DNA of 64,000 nucleotides from Octopus vulgaris. Taxonomy: Eukaryota. The translations under genes were made by a program, and so were the position numbers. The notes beneath the pieces were generated by a model. It made no database searches and was not told where the DNA came from. It was given only the letters and a program-made list of their open reading frames with translations. Positions within the stretch are counted from its first letter, which is position 1; the number at the start of each line of letters is the position of its first letter. Positions 14,521 through 29,419 of this stretch are shown here, piece by piece. Where the stretch lies: the NCBI GenBank assembly GCA_951406725.2, contig OX597817.1, positions 60,388,001 through 60,452,000 of the forward strand, written 5' to 3'.

Positions 14521-14834
14521 CACGAATTTCTTAATTTAATGACGAGGAAGATATTCCTTTGTAAAATTCCAAGAATATAAAATTGGTAATGTAGAAAAAT
14601 GACCCTGATAGAATGTGTGTATATGGCGCTGCATGTGTGTGAATTATACAGACAGACAGACAGATAGATAGATAGAAAGAGAGAAAGATAGAGAGATAGA
14701 TAGCTAGGAAGAGAGATAGGTAGAAAGAGAGATAGATAGAAAGAGAGAAAGAGATAGATAGAAAGAGAGAGAGATAGATGATAGAGAGAGAGAAAGATAG
14801 ACAGATAGACAGATAGCTAGAAAGAGAGATAGAT

Positions 14835-14919
<85 letters not shown>

Positions 14920-15331
14920 AACTGATAGAGAGAGAGAGAGAGAAAGACAGATAGATGGATAAATAGAGATAGATAGATAGAGAAGTACAGTTCGTATGAA
15001 TCCCTGGAAAGACAGTCTGAAATGTATAACAAAACGGGGCTAAAAAATGTTTATATCTCTCACTGTCGGTCGGGTATGTTGTACAACAATTGAATAAAAA
15101 GACTGTAATACGGCAGGATACGTAAAAATAGGAAAGGCTAGGAATGCTTGGATTTTCTGGGAGCAAACGAAACTGACACACATCCTCCATAGCCAATCGA
15201 TTCGTGGCAGAATGTAGATATAAGAAACATTGTAAAAATATTCTTTGAGGGTTTCAGAACGTTAATATTCACCAATCACAGGTGCGGACATGGCATACGT
15301 ACATACACATATAAGGAGGAGTCTCTCACTA

Positions 15332-15363
<32 letters not shown>

Positions 15364-15612
15364 TCGTGTACTAAAGACACATGCACAACCGTTACAACAG
15401 TGCATATGCACATATGTACACCTATTTATGCGCAATCGCTGTTTCACTTCTACATTCTCACGAGTTCTTGGCATTTTCTTCATACAAAGAAATAAAACTT
15501 GTTACTTTATTTCTGAATTCACAGAAGTAGAACTAAAATTAATCCTAAACAAATGGATAAACACATTTAAGTAGACGCACACACACACACACACACAGAT
15601 GTAAGATACCCG

Positions 15613-15673
<61 letters not shown>

Positions 15674-15692
15674 GGATGTAAGATATACATTG

Positions 15693-15761
<69 letters not shown>

Positions 15762-15797
15762 TGTATGTGTGTATGTATGTGCTTATGATATATATGG

Positions 15798-15841
<44 letters not shown>

Positions 15842-16210
15842 CACACATATACATACATGCTCACACACAGACACACAAGCACTCACATACACATGCGCAG
15901 ACAACACACATAAAAAAAACAAAACTAGTAGATGGTTCCAGAAAAGAGCTTACTTTCAAGGTTCATTAACAGAACATGCCTATCCAATCTATTAAACTTC
16001 GGTCTCTGGTGCCGAATTACAAGGATATAATGTAGAATTTTGGTACGAAATTCTATGACATTTTTATGTTATATTTCAACGCAAAACTTGTGCTTATAAC
16101 CATTAAAGTCCTGGAAGAGATGACGTTTCAGACTAGCAGTGATATATCGCCGGGAAATGGTTCTACGCAAAGGTAATAACCAACGTTTTACTCACGTTTC
16201 ATCAATAATG

Positions 16211-16292
<82 letters not shown>

Positions 16293-16322
16293 TAATAATA
16301 ATAATAATAATAATAATGATAG

Positions 16323-16670
16323 GGTGAACCTTAGGAATGGGCAAGTGTCTCCTCTGTGCCGTACATGCAATAAAGTAGATGACACCCTTGCCCATATCAC
16401 AAATATCCAAAACCACTACATGTTATGCCGACGCTACCAGGTAGCGAAAGTGCTACATTGGAAACTGTGCGACAAGTGGGGGGCTAGAGAGAGAGGCAAG
16501 ACATGGTATGAGTACAAACCCCAGAGAGTGGCAGAGTCAGAGACTTGCAAAATCCCCTGAGATTTCTCAATCCAAACAGATCAGGTGCTAGAGCATAACA
16601 GACCGGAACTTGTGATGGTGGACAAGGTGCACCACATATGCTATATAGTTGATGTTGTATACCCCTTTAA
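16323..16670 (+). mobile_element. R4/Dong-type non-LTR retrotransposon fragment (Zn knuckle + restriction-like endonuclease)
   Basis: SPLCRTCNKVDDTLAHI..VAKVLHWKLC..WYEYKPQRVAESETCKIP*DFSIQTDQVLEHNRPELVMVDK..CYIVDV. Confidence 0.85.
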
Positions 16671-17902
16671 GAGAAAATAACAACAACAACAACAACAACA
16701 ATAATAATCATAATAATAATAATAATAATATTTCTTTTTGCTATAGGCCTAAGGTACTGAAACTTGGATTGGAGGGAGCTAGTGAATTACGTCAACCCCA
16801 ATACTTATGTGGTACTTTATTTATCGACCCCGAAAATACGAAAGGCTTGGTCAACCTTGCAGTAAAACACCTCAGGCGTCGTGCGCGCGCGTACCAATCA
16901 AAATATCAACTGTAAAGTGACCATAAGTTACGGTCATTCTTTTTCACTTGTACTCTAAGAGGCAGCGCCTTGTACTTTGTTTCTCCTCTTGAGTTTCTGT
17001 GCACTGATAATCGTAGGCAAATTTCGGTAGAGTGGCAATTCCACAACACAATTCTGTTCAGGAATAATAGGCTTGTATGTTCAGTGCAGATGCGCAAGGT
17101 GGGTGGTGGTGGATGGTGCGAATTTGAGAGAATTGACTGTCACGTGGCTTAGTGGTAAGAGTGCTGTACTCAAAGCTATATGTCTAAGACTACAATTACC
17201 CGGATTCGTATATACCATTCCTAGGCGGAGTGGGATGGCTTGGTGCTGAAGACCTGTGTTTGGTTCAGGTTTTATAGTGCATAGAATAGGAATAGTCAAA
17301 ATATTTAGGAAGTATATATATCCATCAGCAAGCGCATATATATATGTACGGTGTGTGTGTGTGTATGTATGTATTACACATATATGTATTATATGTGTAT
17401 GTGTGTATGTAATATAAAAAACATACATAAATATATATATCACATGCACATTCCAAAGTAGCCTTTCGCTATGAGCGACTCTGGATTAATAGGATTAATA
17501 ACAGAACACTCAAGTTATGACAACACATAATCTTCATCTCCAGTCGACGGCTGATGGCGCAATGCAATCATTACCGAGGCTAATAGTTAATAAAGTGGAG
17601 TTGATGAGTGACTTCTGAATAGATGAGATTCAAGAGGTTACAGATACACACGCACCGACACACGCAAACACGTACATATATGTGTGTATTGCGTTCGTAG
17701 TCTGAAAGTCTGATGGTCTGATATTTCTGATGGACTTGGCATAGCTTTAAAGAGTTTAAAGTACATCGGCGGTAAATACATACCTTCCAACGCATATATT
17801 ACTACGCACGCGCAAGCACAGACGTCCACATTTATACACATACACACACACAAACACACAAACACGCATGTTCATTTGTAAGCACACACATATACGCATA
17901 AG

Positions 17903-17933
<31 letters not shown>

Positions 17934-18261
17934 ATAAATACACATAAATATACATATATGCACATATACATGCTTATATATATGTATATATATATATATA
18001 TATAAATTTATGCGTATAAGTACAAATATATGTGTATATATATGTATATATGCATATGTATATATGTATATCTATCTATAATACATATCCATACATACAT
18101 ATATTTTTATACATGCATATATATATATACATACATATATACATGTATACATACACATACACACAGAAATGCACCTTATACGTTTGAATATATCAAATAA
18201 TAAATCTAGGTGTATCTATTTCTATCTATATGCTTGTATTCACACACATATATTACTGTTT

Positions 18262-18335
<74 letters not shown>

Positions 18336-18367
18336 GTACATATGTGTGTGTATATATGTATATATAT

Positions 18368-18403
<36 letters not shown>

Positions 18404-18538
18404 GTACATCTATTCATGAATATATATATGTATGCAAATACACGAATATATACATATACACGTATACATATACATAAATAACTGTGAGTGTGTGTTTCTG
18501 TATATGCACACTTATGCAACATATATTTGCATACATAC

Positions 18539-18588
<50 letters not shown>

Positions 18589-18589
18589 G

Positions 18590-18667
<78 letters not shown>

Positions 18668-19248
18668 TGTATGTATGCATATATACATACATGCACACAT
18701 CCATCCATACATATAAGTATATCTTAATATCTTTTGTGTCTGTGTGCAAGGGATGGAGGGGGTGTCTATGTGTACATATAATCGACAGAGATTTAGATAT
18801 AGATAACCACAGGAATATAGATAAATGCATTCATAACCACACACACACGTACGCATTCACATTATATACAATACAAACACACATACGCGTTACCGCACGC
18901 CTTTGCATACACGCGTGGTGTACCCTCACACCCGCTTAGAAGACGTCCATGTTTATACAGAGCTCATAGGAGACAATATATGAGCCGAGAATACGCCTGA
19001 TGGCGTGTTGATGTATATTGTTAGCAGCAAGATGATACCCAATTACTAAGTAAAAAACGGTAATTTTTTTTTTGCATGCTTGCTTGTCTGTTTGTCCGTG
19101 TGTCTGTCTATATGTCTGTCTGTTAAGGTAATGTACATTATGGTGTTCACTCAAGACTGGTATTTGTTTGGTAACAGAAACTCGTGCAATTATGGTCTGT
19201 GCAGGGAGTAGAAACATATATATACATACACACACACACACATGCGCG

Positions 19249-19311
<63 letters not shown>

Positions 19312-20192
19312 GCACACACACACACACACACACACAGAGGGTCGCGCGGCGCGCGCGGCGCGCGTTTAAATTGTAGACTTATTGTTATGTTTGTGCCTCT
19401 TTCGATGGTTTAGCGTCTGAAAATAGTTGTTAGACTTGCTTAAGGTGACCCGCTCTACGTGCAGGTGAGGGTGTGGTTGTTACTTTCTGTTGCTTCCTTT
19501 CTGTTCCTTATCACCACATTCTCCCTTTTTGTTTCTCTCTTCTTTCTCTCTCACTTTCCCACTCTCTTACTCTTCCCTTCTCTCGGACTCTCCCTCGATT
19601 TCTCTTACTCTCTACCTTTCTCTATCTATCTCTCTCCCATTTATAAAAAAATTAGATTTCCGCGTTGAAATTACAAATCCTCTTCCACTTTACAATGTTG
19701 AAAATTTGATTGAAATCGAGCAAAAGGTTTCCAATCTAGACCCTCAAGTCGCCCCCAAATCAATAAAATCTCCGTTTAAACACCAAAGCAACCACTGTAG
19801 CGCCCTAAAACATATCCCAATCAATTTATCACCTCAAGTTACCCACTCCTGTAAATTTTAATCTCCTTCCAGCCCCATTTAACCCCCTTTTTTCATAAAC
19901 AATCAATTTGTATCAACGTTCGCCTTTTTCATTTTATACATTAGACAGATATACACGGCCTTGCTCGGGATTAAAATAGTTTATTATTGTTTTACTTGTT
20001 TCGGTATTATAACCCGATTTCATTCTGGTCTACGCGGGCCACATTTTAAAAAATGAGGAATTTTTCCCTAGTAGCCATGCATTTCAATTGAGCAAACTCA
20101 AATTTGCCATGCAAACTCGCTAGCACATTTAGCATAGGTGTGCATATTTTCAGCTCAATCCGACCACATATGCACACATTATATATACATAC

Positions 20193-20229
<37 letters not shown>

Positions 20230-20638
20230 CATACGCATTAAATATTTACATATATACGCATTATACATACATGTCTACGCACATATATATATATATACAC
20301 ATATATAAATATATACACTTTATATATATATATATATATATGCATATATATATATGTATACACATTATATATATATATTTATATACATACACATATATAT
20401 AAATTAACACATTATATCTGATTAATATATTTAATGATTGTGCGGTGGTGGTGGGCGATAATATTTCACCGTTCTAAAAGACCTGTGGCGGGAATATTTA
20501 AACTTTTGCGGCTGTCAACGCTTTCTCTCTATAGATACAGACAGACGTACAGTGAGAGAGGTGGTGGGAGAAAGAGTGACAGGGAGACGGCGCAGCTGTC
20601 AAACGTCGTTATAAAGAGAAAGTGAAGGGAAGGGAGGC

Positions 20639-20680
<42 letters not shown>

Positions 20681-21490
20681 GATATAAAAAAGAACGAAGC
20701 GACAGACACTTGTCAAAGTGGGTTTTGTTGCTCTAGTAACCACAGCTTTTGAGATTTCTAACCTAGTTCACTCACTCCCTCGCTTCTTTTTACATGTCTC
20801 TCTAAATTTTGGAGCCAATCCGACCCCATCTAGTGCCCCTTAACCCGTTCCAATCGCAAAATCAGACAAACTTTTTGCATTTCAGCTTTATAGATATTGA
20901 AGAGCAGAATGATGAGGACATTGCACATGGAGATTTGATATTGGTGAATCGGTGCACGTACTTGTATAATTTAGCCTGTGTATGATGTTGTGTGCACGCG
21001 TGGGTGTGATGCATGTATGTATTGGTGTATGTATGGTTATGTGCATTACAAGCAACTATATATGTGCATGTGTGTATATATGTATATATGTGTGTGTATA
21101 TAAATATACATGTGTGTTTGTGTGTGTGCCTGTTTTTGTGTCTGTGTATGTATTTACACGCACACACACTTAAATGGCGATCTAAACTACCAGTTCTGCA
21201 TGCCTTGATGAAGTTATATTAAGGGTCACAATTGGATATATTTTAATTATAAATATTGGTAGGTGGGCTATTTCCATTGAGCTGAATAAAGATATGAAAT
21301 GGATATGTTACATGTACCCAAATATAATCAACAAGTTCTTGAGATAATAAATATGTCCCTTTGGAGATATATAAAAAAAATGGTGAAACTTAAGATGGCA
21401 GATTAAAGCAAGACCTTTGAACAAAAGGGGAGACACAGGACAGTGCTATTCTCCATAAGTAGTTATTCGTCAATCCATTTAGTCAAGTTA

Positions 21491-21529
<39 letters not shown>

Positions 21530-21598
21530 TGTGTGTGCGTGTAAATACATATACATACATATATACATGCATACATCCATACATATACATATACATAT

Positions 21599-21640
<42 letters not shown>

Positions 21641-22444
21641 GTAAATATATATATATTGTTTCATTTCTCTTGGGTCTTCATTTTTCGAGCTTATTTCATT
21701 CTGTACTGTTTTCGCTGGATGCCCAGGTATATTTTGACAACGAAATTTTAAAAAAAAGTATAAAGGATTCTCTTCAAAGTTTTAGAAGTGAGCTGAACAC
21801 ATCGTGTCTTACAAACCACGGTACATTTAGTTCTTTAGTTTGTTGTAGCCATCACAGCTATGGCCATGCTGGAGCACGGCCTTCAGAAGAATCTACTTTT
21901 ATGCAATTTTTGTGTAGATTAAATTGTTTGACATTAAAACACACAACGACAAGATTTTCTTCAGGTATTTCATGCCTTATTTTATACTCGTTTTCTCATT
22001 TAGGTATAAATGGATCTCCGTCAACATCGAGCTCCCTTCTCATTGAGTCAGCATACAAGTGACTGAATATTCCACAGGCATGTGCGCTCTTAACGTATTT
22101 CTCAAATGGAATCAGCCTGGCACAGGGAGGAAGCTATACTTTGGAATTTTAAGGTCAATCTTATAGTTTGGGTTTCCGTACAGTTTCCTTCTACACTGTT
22201 TCCGTCTTACAAAGCTTAAACTGATTTAGGTAACTATAAAAGACATTCGGTAAAGATGCTTCATAATGGAATCGAACTCCAGACCTCATGATTTCGAAGC
22301 GAACTTTTTGACCTTGTTGCGTCCATAGTTTTCTTTTAATGAGCTTTAGGACTCAAGAGGCCACCTAGCGGGTTGTCATGGCATTTAAATGACCGAAATC
22401 TTAATATTCCCGATGAACAGGACATCGGTACATTACAGGGTTCA

Positions 22445-22642
22445 AAGCCAGAAATTTTGAGGGTAGGGGACAAGTCGGTTTCATCCACCCGAGTATATGA
22501 CTGGCATTATATTTTATCGACCCTAAAGAGATGAAAGGAAAAGTTGACCTCAGCGAGATTTGAACTCAGGACGTAAAAAGCCGGAAGAAATGTCGATAAG
22601 CATTTTGTCCGAAGTGATAACGATTCTGCTGGTACGCCGCAT
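22445..22642 (-). mobile_element. SINE, 36.8-kb family
   Basis: TTTTATCGACCCTAAAGAGATGAAAGGAAAAGTTGACCTCAGCGAGATTTGAACTCAG. Further copies at ~7930-8088, 16740-16860, 23150-23335, 41895-42008, 57060-57210. Confidence 0.8.
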
Positions 22643-23774
22643 TAGCTCTTTATGCCTTATAAACATTCCGTTGGTAACAAATTGTCTTATTATTTTCATA
22701 AACTATAACCAAAGTTAATGATACTTTATATGAAAAAGATAGAATCTCATTCGTTCGGTTAATGTAAATAAACAAAACTTTGTCTTGCTGCAAAAAATGT
22801 TTTTGGCTTAAACTCCATGTTAATGAGAACACGTTTTCAGAAACAAATATATTGCGGTGTAATTTCGATTCTATTTACAATCTCTTCTTGTCAAGCAGAT
22901 AACAGCTAAGTTAACAAACTTCCCAGCAAAACTAATTATATTGACATGCAAACAAAATGGCGCTGGCAATTTTTTTTTTCTAAGAATGAGACTGTGTTGT
23001 ATTTACATTTTTTCAATAAAACCGAAGCCATCTTCTCTTTTATTCTGGTGGATTACATTTAGGTCTACTTAATCCAATGCATTTATCTATTTATAAAACT
23101 GTGAAGTAACATTTAGAGAGAGCTGGCTGTTAATTTTAGAAGTTTGAAAGGTGGGGAGCCGGCAGAATCGTTAGCGAGTCGGGCAAAACATTTAGTGGCA
23201 GTTGTTTCGGCCAAGGTCGAGTTTTGCCTATTATCCTTTCGGAGTTGGTTAAAATTAGTCTCAGTTGAACCCTGGCGTCGAGGTAATTGACTTTCCTCCC
23301 TTCTTAAAATTGTTGGCGTTGTGACGAAATTTGAAAAATGTTAAATTTAGCTTAAACGGATTAACCATATTAATCTATGTATAAAGCTGTAAGGTAACGT
23401 TTAAAGGAGATTTGACTGTTCATTCTAGCAGTTCAAGCGATGGCGTAAAGACTTGTGGAGCCTTGAGTAAGTCGCTGGCAAGTATTTGCAAACTCTTTAA
23501 GCCTTAACGGATAAGATTTAGAGAAAATACATTGTTTGGAAAGTAATAAAGCAGGACTAAAGTACATCAACCTTTAGAAGTTGCAAATAAACAATGAGTG
23601 AAGCAATACAGGAGTTTTAGAAAAACAAATATTAAACACGTGAAAAACATCCTCCATTTTACAGAAGGTTGGGTTGTGTAACAACATATAGCAACTTAGC
23701 CTTCTTTGACTTATTGGTTGTGTGTGTGTGTATACATATACATACATACATAGATACATACATACATACATACA

Positions 23775-23857
<83 letters not shown>

Positions 23858-24274
23858 GTGTATGTGTGCATGTGTATGCATCTATGTGTGTGTGTATATA
23901 TGTTTGCACATATATGTGTATGTATATTTATATATATATCTATGTATGAATAAATGTATGTATGAATGTGAGTGTGTATAAGTTTGCATATATACGTGTA
24001 TGTATATGCATGTATATGTATGCACACACACACATGATATATTTTTTTTGCTTGTAATGTCATCAACTTACACTTTTATTCCATATGTCTAGTTCATCCG
24101 AGCCATATTGAATTCTTACGTATGTATGTATGTATGTATGTATGTATGTATGTATGTATGTATGTATGTATGTATGTATGTATGTATGTATGTATGCATG
24201 TATGCGTGTGTGAGTGTATTTATGCGTTTGTGTGCTTGTGATTACGTCCATGTGTTCACGCGAGCGAATGTGTG

Positions 24275-24337
<63 letters not shown>

Positions 24338-24354
24338 GTATATATACTTGCAGA

Positions 24355-24419
<65 letters not shown>

Positions 24420-24423
<4 letters not shown>

Positions 24424-24875
24424 GCTAGAAATACCAGCGATAATAATTAATTTATTTTATCGCAATTTGATTTGTTTACATATTTCTCGATAAATTTATG
24501 AGCGTTAGACAATATACCAGAAATCCCTAGTTTTGTCGGGACGTTCTGAGTCTGCGCAGTGATCTGATTAGTTAGAGAGAGCAAATCATTAGAAGCACAT
24601 GCTTCTAGTGAGTTAGGATCTCAGAACAACAGGGCTCTTACCGATGAATTCTCCCTGAGCAAATAAATTATCTTTATTGCTGAAAAGAAAGAAACTGCAG
24701 TCTAAGAGGAACCGAATTAGTAAATGTTTTTATCTTCATTTCACTAAATTTATCTAGCTTCTGTGTTTCAAGCATATATTTCGCCTTAACGTACTGATAT
24801 ATGAAAAATATATGGCTTGTGCTAGAAATACCAGCGATAATAATTAATTTATTTTATCGCAATTTGATTTGTTTA
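24420..24875 (+). mobile_element. Retrozyme-like / PLE pLTR-derived non-autonomous element with 58-bp terminal direct repeat
   Basis: TGTGCTAGAAATACC...TTTGTTTA identical at 24421-24478 and 24818-24875, HHR in the middle, (TA)n on both sides. Confidence 0.7.
24635..24708 (+). ncRNA. Minimal type-I hammerhead ribozyme
   Basis: Stem I CTCTTA/TAAGAG, core CCGATGA, stem II TTCT..GCAAATAAA/TTTATTGC..AGAA, then GAAAC TGCA GTC with a palindromic stem III. Confidence 0.85.
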
Positions 24876-25977
24876 TATATATATATATATATATGTTGAC
24901 ATGTATGCGTACATATGTATTTATGATTGTGTCGGTAAAGGCAGCGCAGTGGCAGACTTGACAAGAGTTGTTCCAGTGAGTTCAAATCTCGAAAAGGCCA
25001 AATTTGCTTGTCATTGTTTTCGAGTACCAGTCTAGAACCAGTTTCAATTTTTTCTCTTCTCATCCCTTTCTCCTCCTAAAACTCCCACATTATGTCTTCT
25101 TACAAGAAACCATGTGAAGTGTGAGAAAAGAAAGAAAAAGGGAAGTATTCTCTCAAGAAAATTCGATGAGAAACTCCATGCCTTTATATCGGGAGCCATA
25201 TGGAATCTTCTATTAATCTGACAGTGGAGGGAAAGGACCTATATGTCTACATACTATCATTAATTAATTAATTCATATATAAATGAAGATGTATTCATGC
25301 TACAAATGTTTCAATAGCATGGAAATGAATTGGCACTCTGTGTATTACATCATTATGTTACTTGTTAAATTGCATGCCATTTCTTCTGGTATATACGAAC
25401 TATCGGAATATAAAAGTCAATTTCCTAAGAAATCGGTCCCTTGAACTATCAGGCGTTCATCTTAATCACATTAATTGTAGAGCACTCTTAAATTAGGAAC
25501 TTAGCAATCAGAGATTGCGTCGAATATTCTTTTGACTGGACGACGAAGGAGGAATATTCTATTTCTCAATATTTCTTCTTAGTATCTCACTAGTCAAATA
25601 TACACTGAAAGATACGGAGTTTGTAACTGCAATCATTATGATGGAAGCCAACTGATGTATGTATGTGGGGGTTGTTTGTGTTTGTGTGTGTGTTTTGCAT
25701 AATTTTCATAAACCAGGAGACAGTGATAAAATACATATGAATAAAAAATACATAAATATTAAAAGTATATAACATACTAATAAAGTAAAATTAAAGAAAT
25801 GATTGTACGTGTGTGTATGTTCATACTAAAGGCATGCGTACGCGCATGCGTATATGTATGTATGTGTGTATATATATATATGTATGTGTGTGTATATGTA
25901 TGTGTGTGTATATACGTATGAGTATGTGCGTGTGTATGCACATATGCACGATTATGTGTGTGTGTATTTATCTTCAT

Positions 25978-26375
25978 GTTTTATCTTTTACTTGTTTCAA
26001 TCACTGGACTACGGCCATGCCGGAGTACCGGCTTGAAGGCTTTAGAAGAACAAATCGCCCACCAATAGTAATTTCTTTTCAATTCTGCTACATGAATTTG
26101 TTTCTTTGGCCGAACCGCTATGTTATGCGAACGTAAGCAAACCAACACCAGTTGTCAAGCGTTAAGGTGGTGGTGGAAGGGGGAGAGACAAACAAACACA
26201 ATACAAAAGGCACGCGCACGCACATATACGATAGGCTTCCACGCAGTTTCCATCAACGAAATTCACTCACAAGGCATCCGTTGGCCTGTGGTATCAGTAG
26301 AAGATACTTCCCCAAGGTGGCACATAGTGGAATTGAACACAAAACCAAAACCACGCGGTCATGTTTCCGCCTCTG
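25978..26375 (-). mobile_element. Diverged SINE, same family as 44637
   Basis: TTTTACTTGTTTCAATCA..GCCGAACCGCTA..CACTCACAAGG..CCCAAGGTGGCAC. Confidence 0.75.
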
Positions 26376-26769
26376 CATCTTTTCTTTCTTCTTTAATATA
26401 TTGATTTCTTTCTCGAAAGAAAGTATTGACTTCTAAGAGGAAAACAAAGAATTGAAGTTGGAATGCAGATAATAATAGCAGAAAATATACTGAATTTTGA
26501 AAAGTCTTCCATATTTTCAATATTTCTTAGATATCGATTTTGTAGAATGTGTTTTAGCTGGCGGCTTTCTTTAAGTGAAAAGCATAGCTTTTGAAATTAT
26601 TAATATTTTTCCTTGAAATTTAATTTCCACTTTGCTGAAGCGACAGCATTATTTTGTTTAAGTGAAGACGGTTGATGAAATTTGTGAAGATGTGTGTGAG
26701 CCAATTAATATCTGCATAATAACTTACCGGCGCCATTCGAGTAAGATAATTATTTAACCCATAGATGTG

Positions 26770-27035
26770 GCCCTAATAGGTACCAGGCCATACCAGGCCG
26801 GAGGAGACCTGGGAGTGATGATAACTAAGGGGTAACTCAACATTCCCCACAGCTCCTGAACTCCCAAACTGGAGCCTTGCCACTGGATGCAGTTTATTGT
26901 GATACCCAGGACTAGAACACAGACACACGGGAAGAGGGGAACCGAGGATGACAGATGTTGATGTTCTTGGTCTCTGAAAGACGCAAGACATGGCAGCGAT
27001 GATGAGGGATAAGGGCCGCTGGAGAGAACTCGCCC
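26770..27035 (+). mobile_element. RTE-related short element with LINE 3' end
   Basis: 3' part encodes DMAAMMRDKGRWREL, typical of an RTE C-terminus. The 5' part resembles 55500-55635. Confidence 0.5.
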
Positions 27036-27190
27036 ATGTATCTATATATAAATATATGAACTGTTTTGTGCACATACCCATATCCTTGTTCAGTTTTGGA
27101 GGCCTACATGCGCTATCAGTTAATGATATGTACTGTTTTCTGATGAAGAAAACAAGGCTTCCTGTCAACTCTGACTTACCTTTCTTAGTA

Positions 27191-27234
27191 TCTACTGCTG
27201 AAGAGAGGTAAGGTGCTCGAAATGCAGCCAGAAG
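27191..27234 (+). ncRNA. Decayed hammerhead-like motif
   Basis: CTACTG CTGAAGA GAG GTAAGGTG CTC GAAA TGCAGC CAGAAG. Stem III and cleavage triplet are degenerate. Confidence 0.4.
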
Positions 27235-27728
27235 TTCAAAGAGTGCGCTCTGAGCTAGCTATAGCGTTGTAACACTTTTTTGTATATAGTGGGAATGTTT
27301 ATTTTTCTCCATGGCAAACATGTGAGGAAAAGCCACAATAGGTTTAAATATATCCCAAATATATTCCAATTTACTTAAAAGTTAGACATGGCCTGGATCA
27401 ATCGTTGGTCGAAACATATCTAAGTTTATCTAAGTTCATACTTACATGCATACCTACGCGCACGCATGTAATATATTCCTACGCGCACGCATGTAACACA
27501 TATGTAATATATTCATACATGCATGGATGCTTGTAGGTATGTCTATTACATTCAAACATATATTTATACGTATGCGCACACCCTCCCTACTCCCATATAT
27601 CCACATCTAAATCGAAACATCGGATTGTTCGCCACAACTTTTTAACACAAATATCAAACGATACCGGCATACACAGATACACTCACAACACGCACATACA
27701 CACACATATATACATTGACAAACATACG

Positions 27729-27813
<85 letters not shown>

Positions 27814-27841
27814 GTCTATATACTCCCCTCTTTATGTCTAC

Positions 27842-27891
<50 letters not shown>

Positions 27892-28072
27892 ATATATCCA
27901 CATGTCCATATGCGCACACAAGCACAAAGGGCACATCTCGTCTTGTTTAACTCGAAGAGATACATTATATAAACTATTTTAGCGCTAAAAATGATGTAAG
28001 ATTTGTTTATCTTTTAAAGAAAGAACAACAGAAACAGCAACAAAATCTACAATAAAATGCAATTCATCCACC

Positions 28073-28121
<49 letters not shown>

Positions 28122-28349
28122 TCAATATGATTGTATATGTATGTATGTGTGTTGTACCGCTCTGTATCCATCTGTCTGGTGAGAGTTGTCTAGCGAGCTG
28201 GGAGGTCCCCAGTTTACTCAGGAAGCCTGTATGACTTAAATCCAAATCTTTAACACTTCTCGATGGAGGCAATGCTGTTGTGAAATACGTTCAGTCTGTT
28301 GGTCTTTTAAATACGCAGATGTTAATAGCTTGTTTGAAGGCATCAACGT

Positions 28350-28415
<66 letters not shown>

Positions 28416-28463
28416 CACACGCGTACATGAATACAAACATACACACGCACATATATATGTATA

Positions 28464-28514
<51 letters not shown>

Positions 28515-29019
28515 TCATATATATATATATATTTATATACATACATATATATAGTCTTCTTTTCTGTTACTTGTTACAGTCGTTTGAGTGCGGTCCTGCT
28601 GGAGTTGTAATATATATAAGAAATTATAGAAGGAAAATGCGCACACTTTACATAGTTTTAATGTAATTTTTAATATACCTTGTACTTTGTTTGTCGACCG
28701 GGTGCCTAATTCGCAGTTTTACAATCTAAAGGCAGAAATATGTCACTAAAGTGAGAAAGCGCAGTAATCAGCACCAATATTGCTAGAAATAGGAGTTAAA
28801 AGAACTCAATAGCCACCCGGTGAGGGCCACCAATGAACATGAAGATGCGTTAAGCATCAAAATGCAAAATCATCGGTGATCTGGTTTTATCTGCTGCCGT
28901 AGGGAGATTGCCTCCCTTGTCAGTCATTAATGTAGTGCTTCTGTAGCGATTGAGTTGTCTTGACTATTATTTCTAGCAAAGTTGGTGATGATTAGAGCCC
29001 TTTGTCACTTTAGTAACGA

Positions 29020-29100
<81 letters not shown>

Positions 29101-29215
29101 CACATCAATAATAAACCTCTGAGCGATAAGTAAACAGTAGCAGAACAGAATCGTGAAGCATATTTGAAACCAAAATATGGCGGACCGATTGGGCCATCTC
29201 TAGCCTTACGTGATA

Positions 29216-29260
29216 CATATAGATCCGGGTTTCTGGATAGTAACCCGTCATCAGTGTGTG
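29216..29260 (-). ncRNA. Decayed minimal hammerhead ribozyme
   Basis: Minus strand: CACACA CTGATGA C GG GTTACTAT CC A GAAAC CCGG ATC TATATG. Core intact; stem I and cleavage triplet eroded by G to A changes. Confidence 0.55.
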
Positions 29261-29419
29261 ATAATCACCAGCTAGCGATGAAAACTCATTCCAAACGCAA
29301 TATACTATTAGCTTTTTCCAGTTACAAACTGTCGCTGATTTCGAAAAATGAAAATAAAAAGTAAAAAAATAAACAAAGAAAATAAAGGGAAAAGAAGGAA
29401 AAAAATTCACAGCGACAAT

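Noticed and set aside
15010-15230. Possible mariner remnant (THPP*P.D resembling HPPYSPDL)
   Set aside because: Single degenerate motif with no supporting frame or TIR.
24421-24875. Direct repeats as a CRISPR array or LTR retrotransposon
   Set aside because: Eukaryotic context, only two repeats, no cas genes, no TG..CA ends, PBS or PPT.
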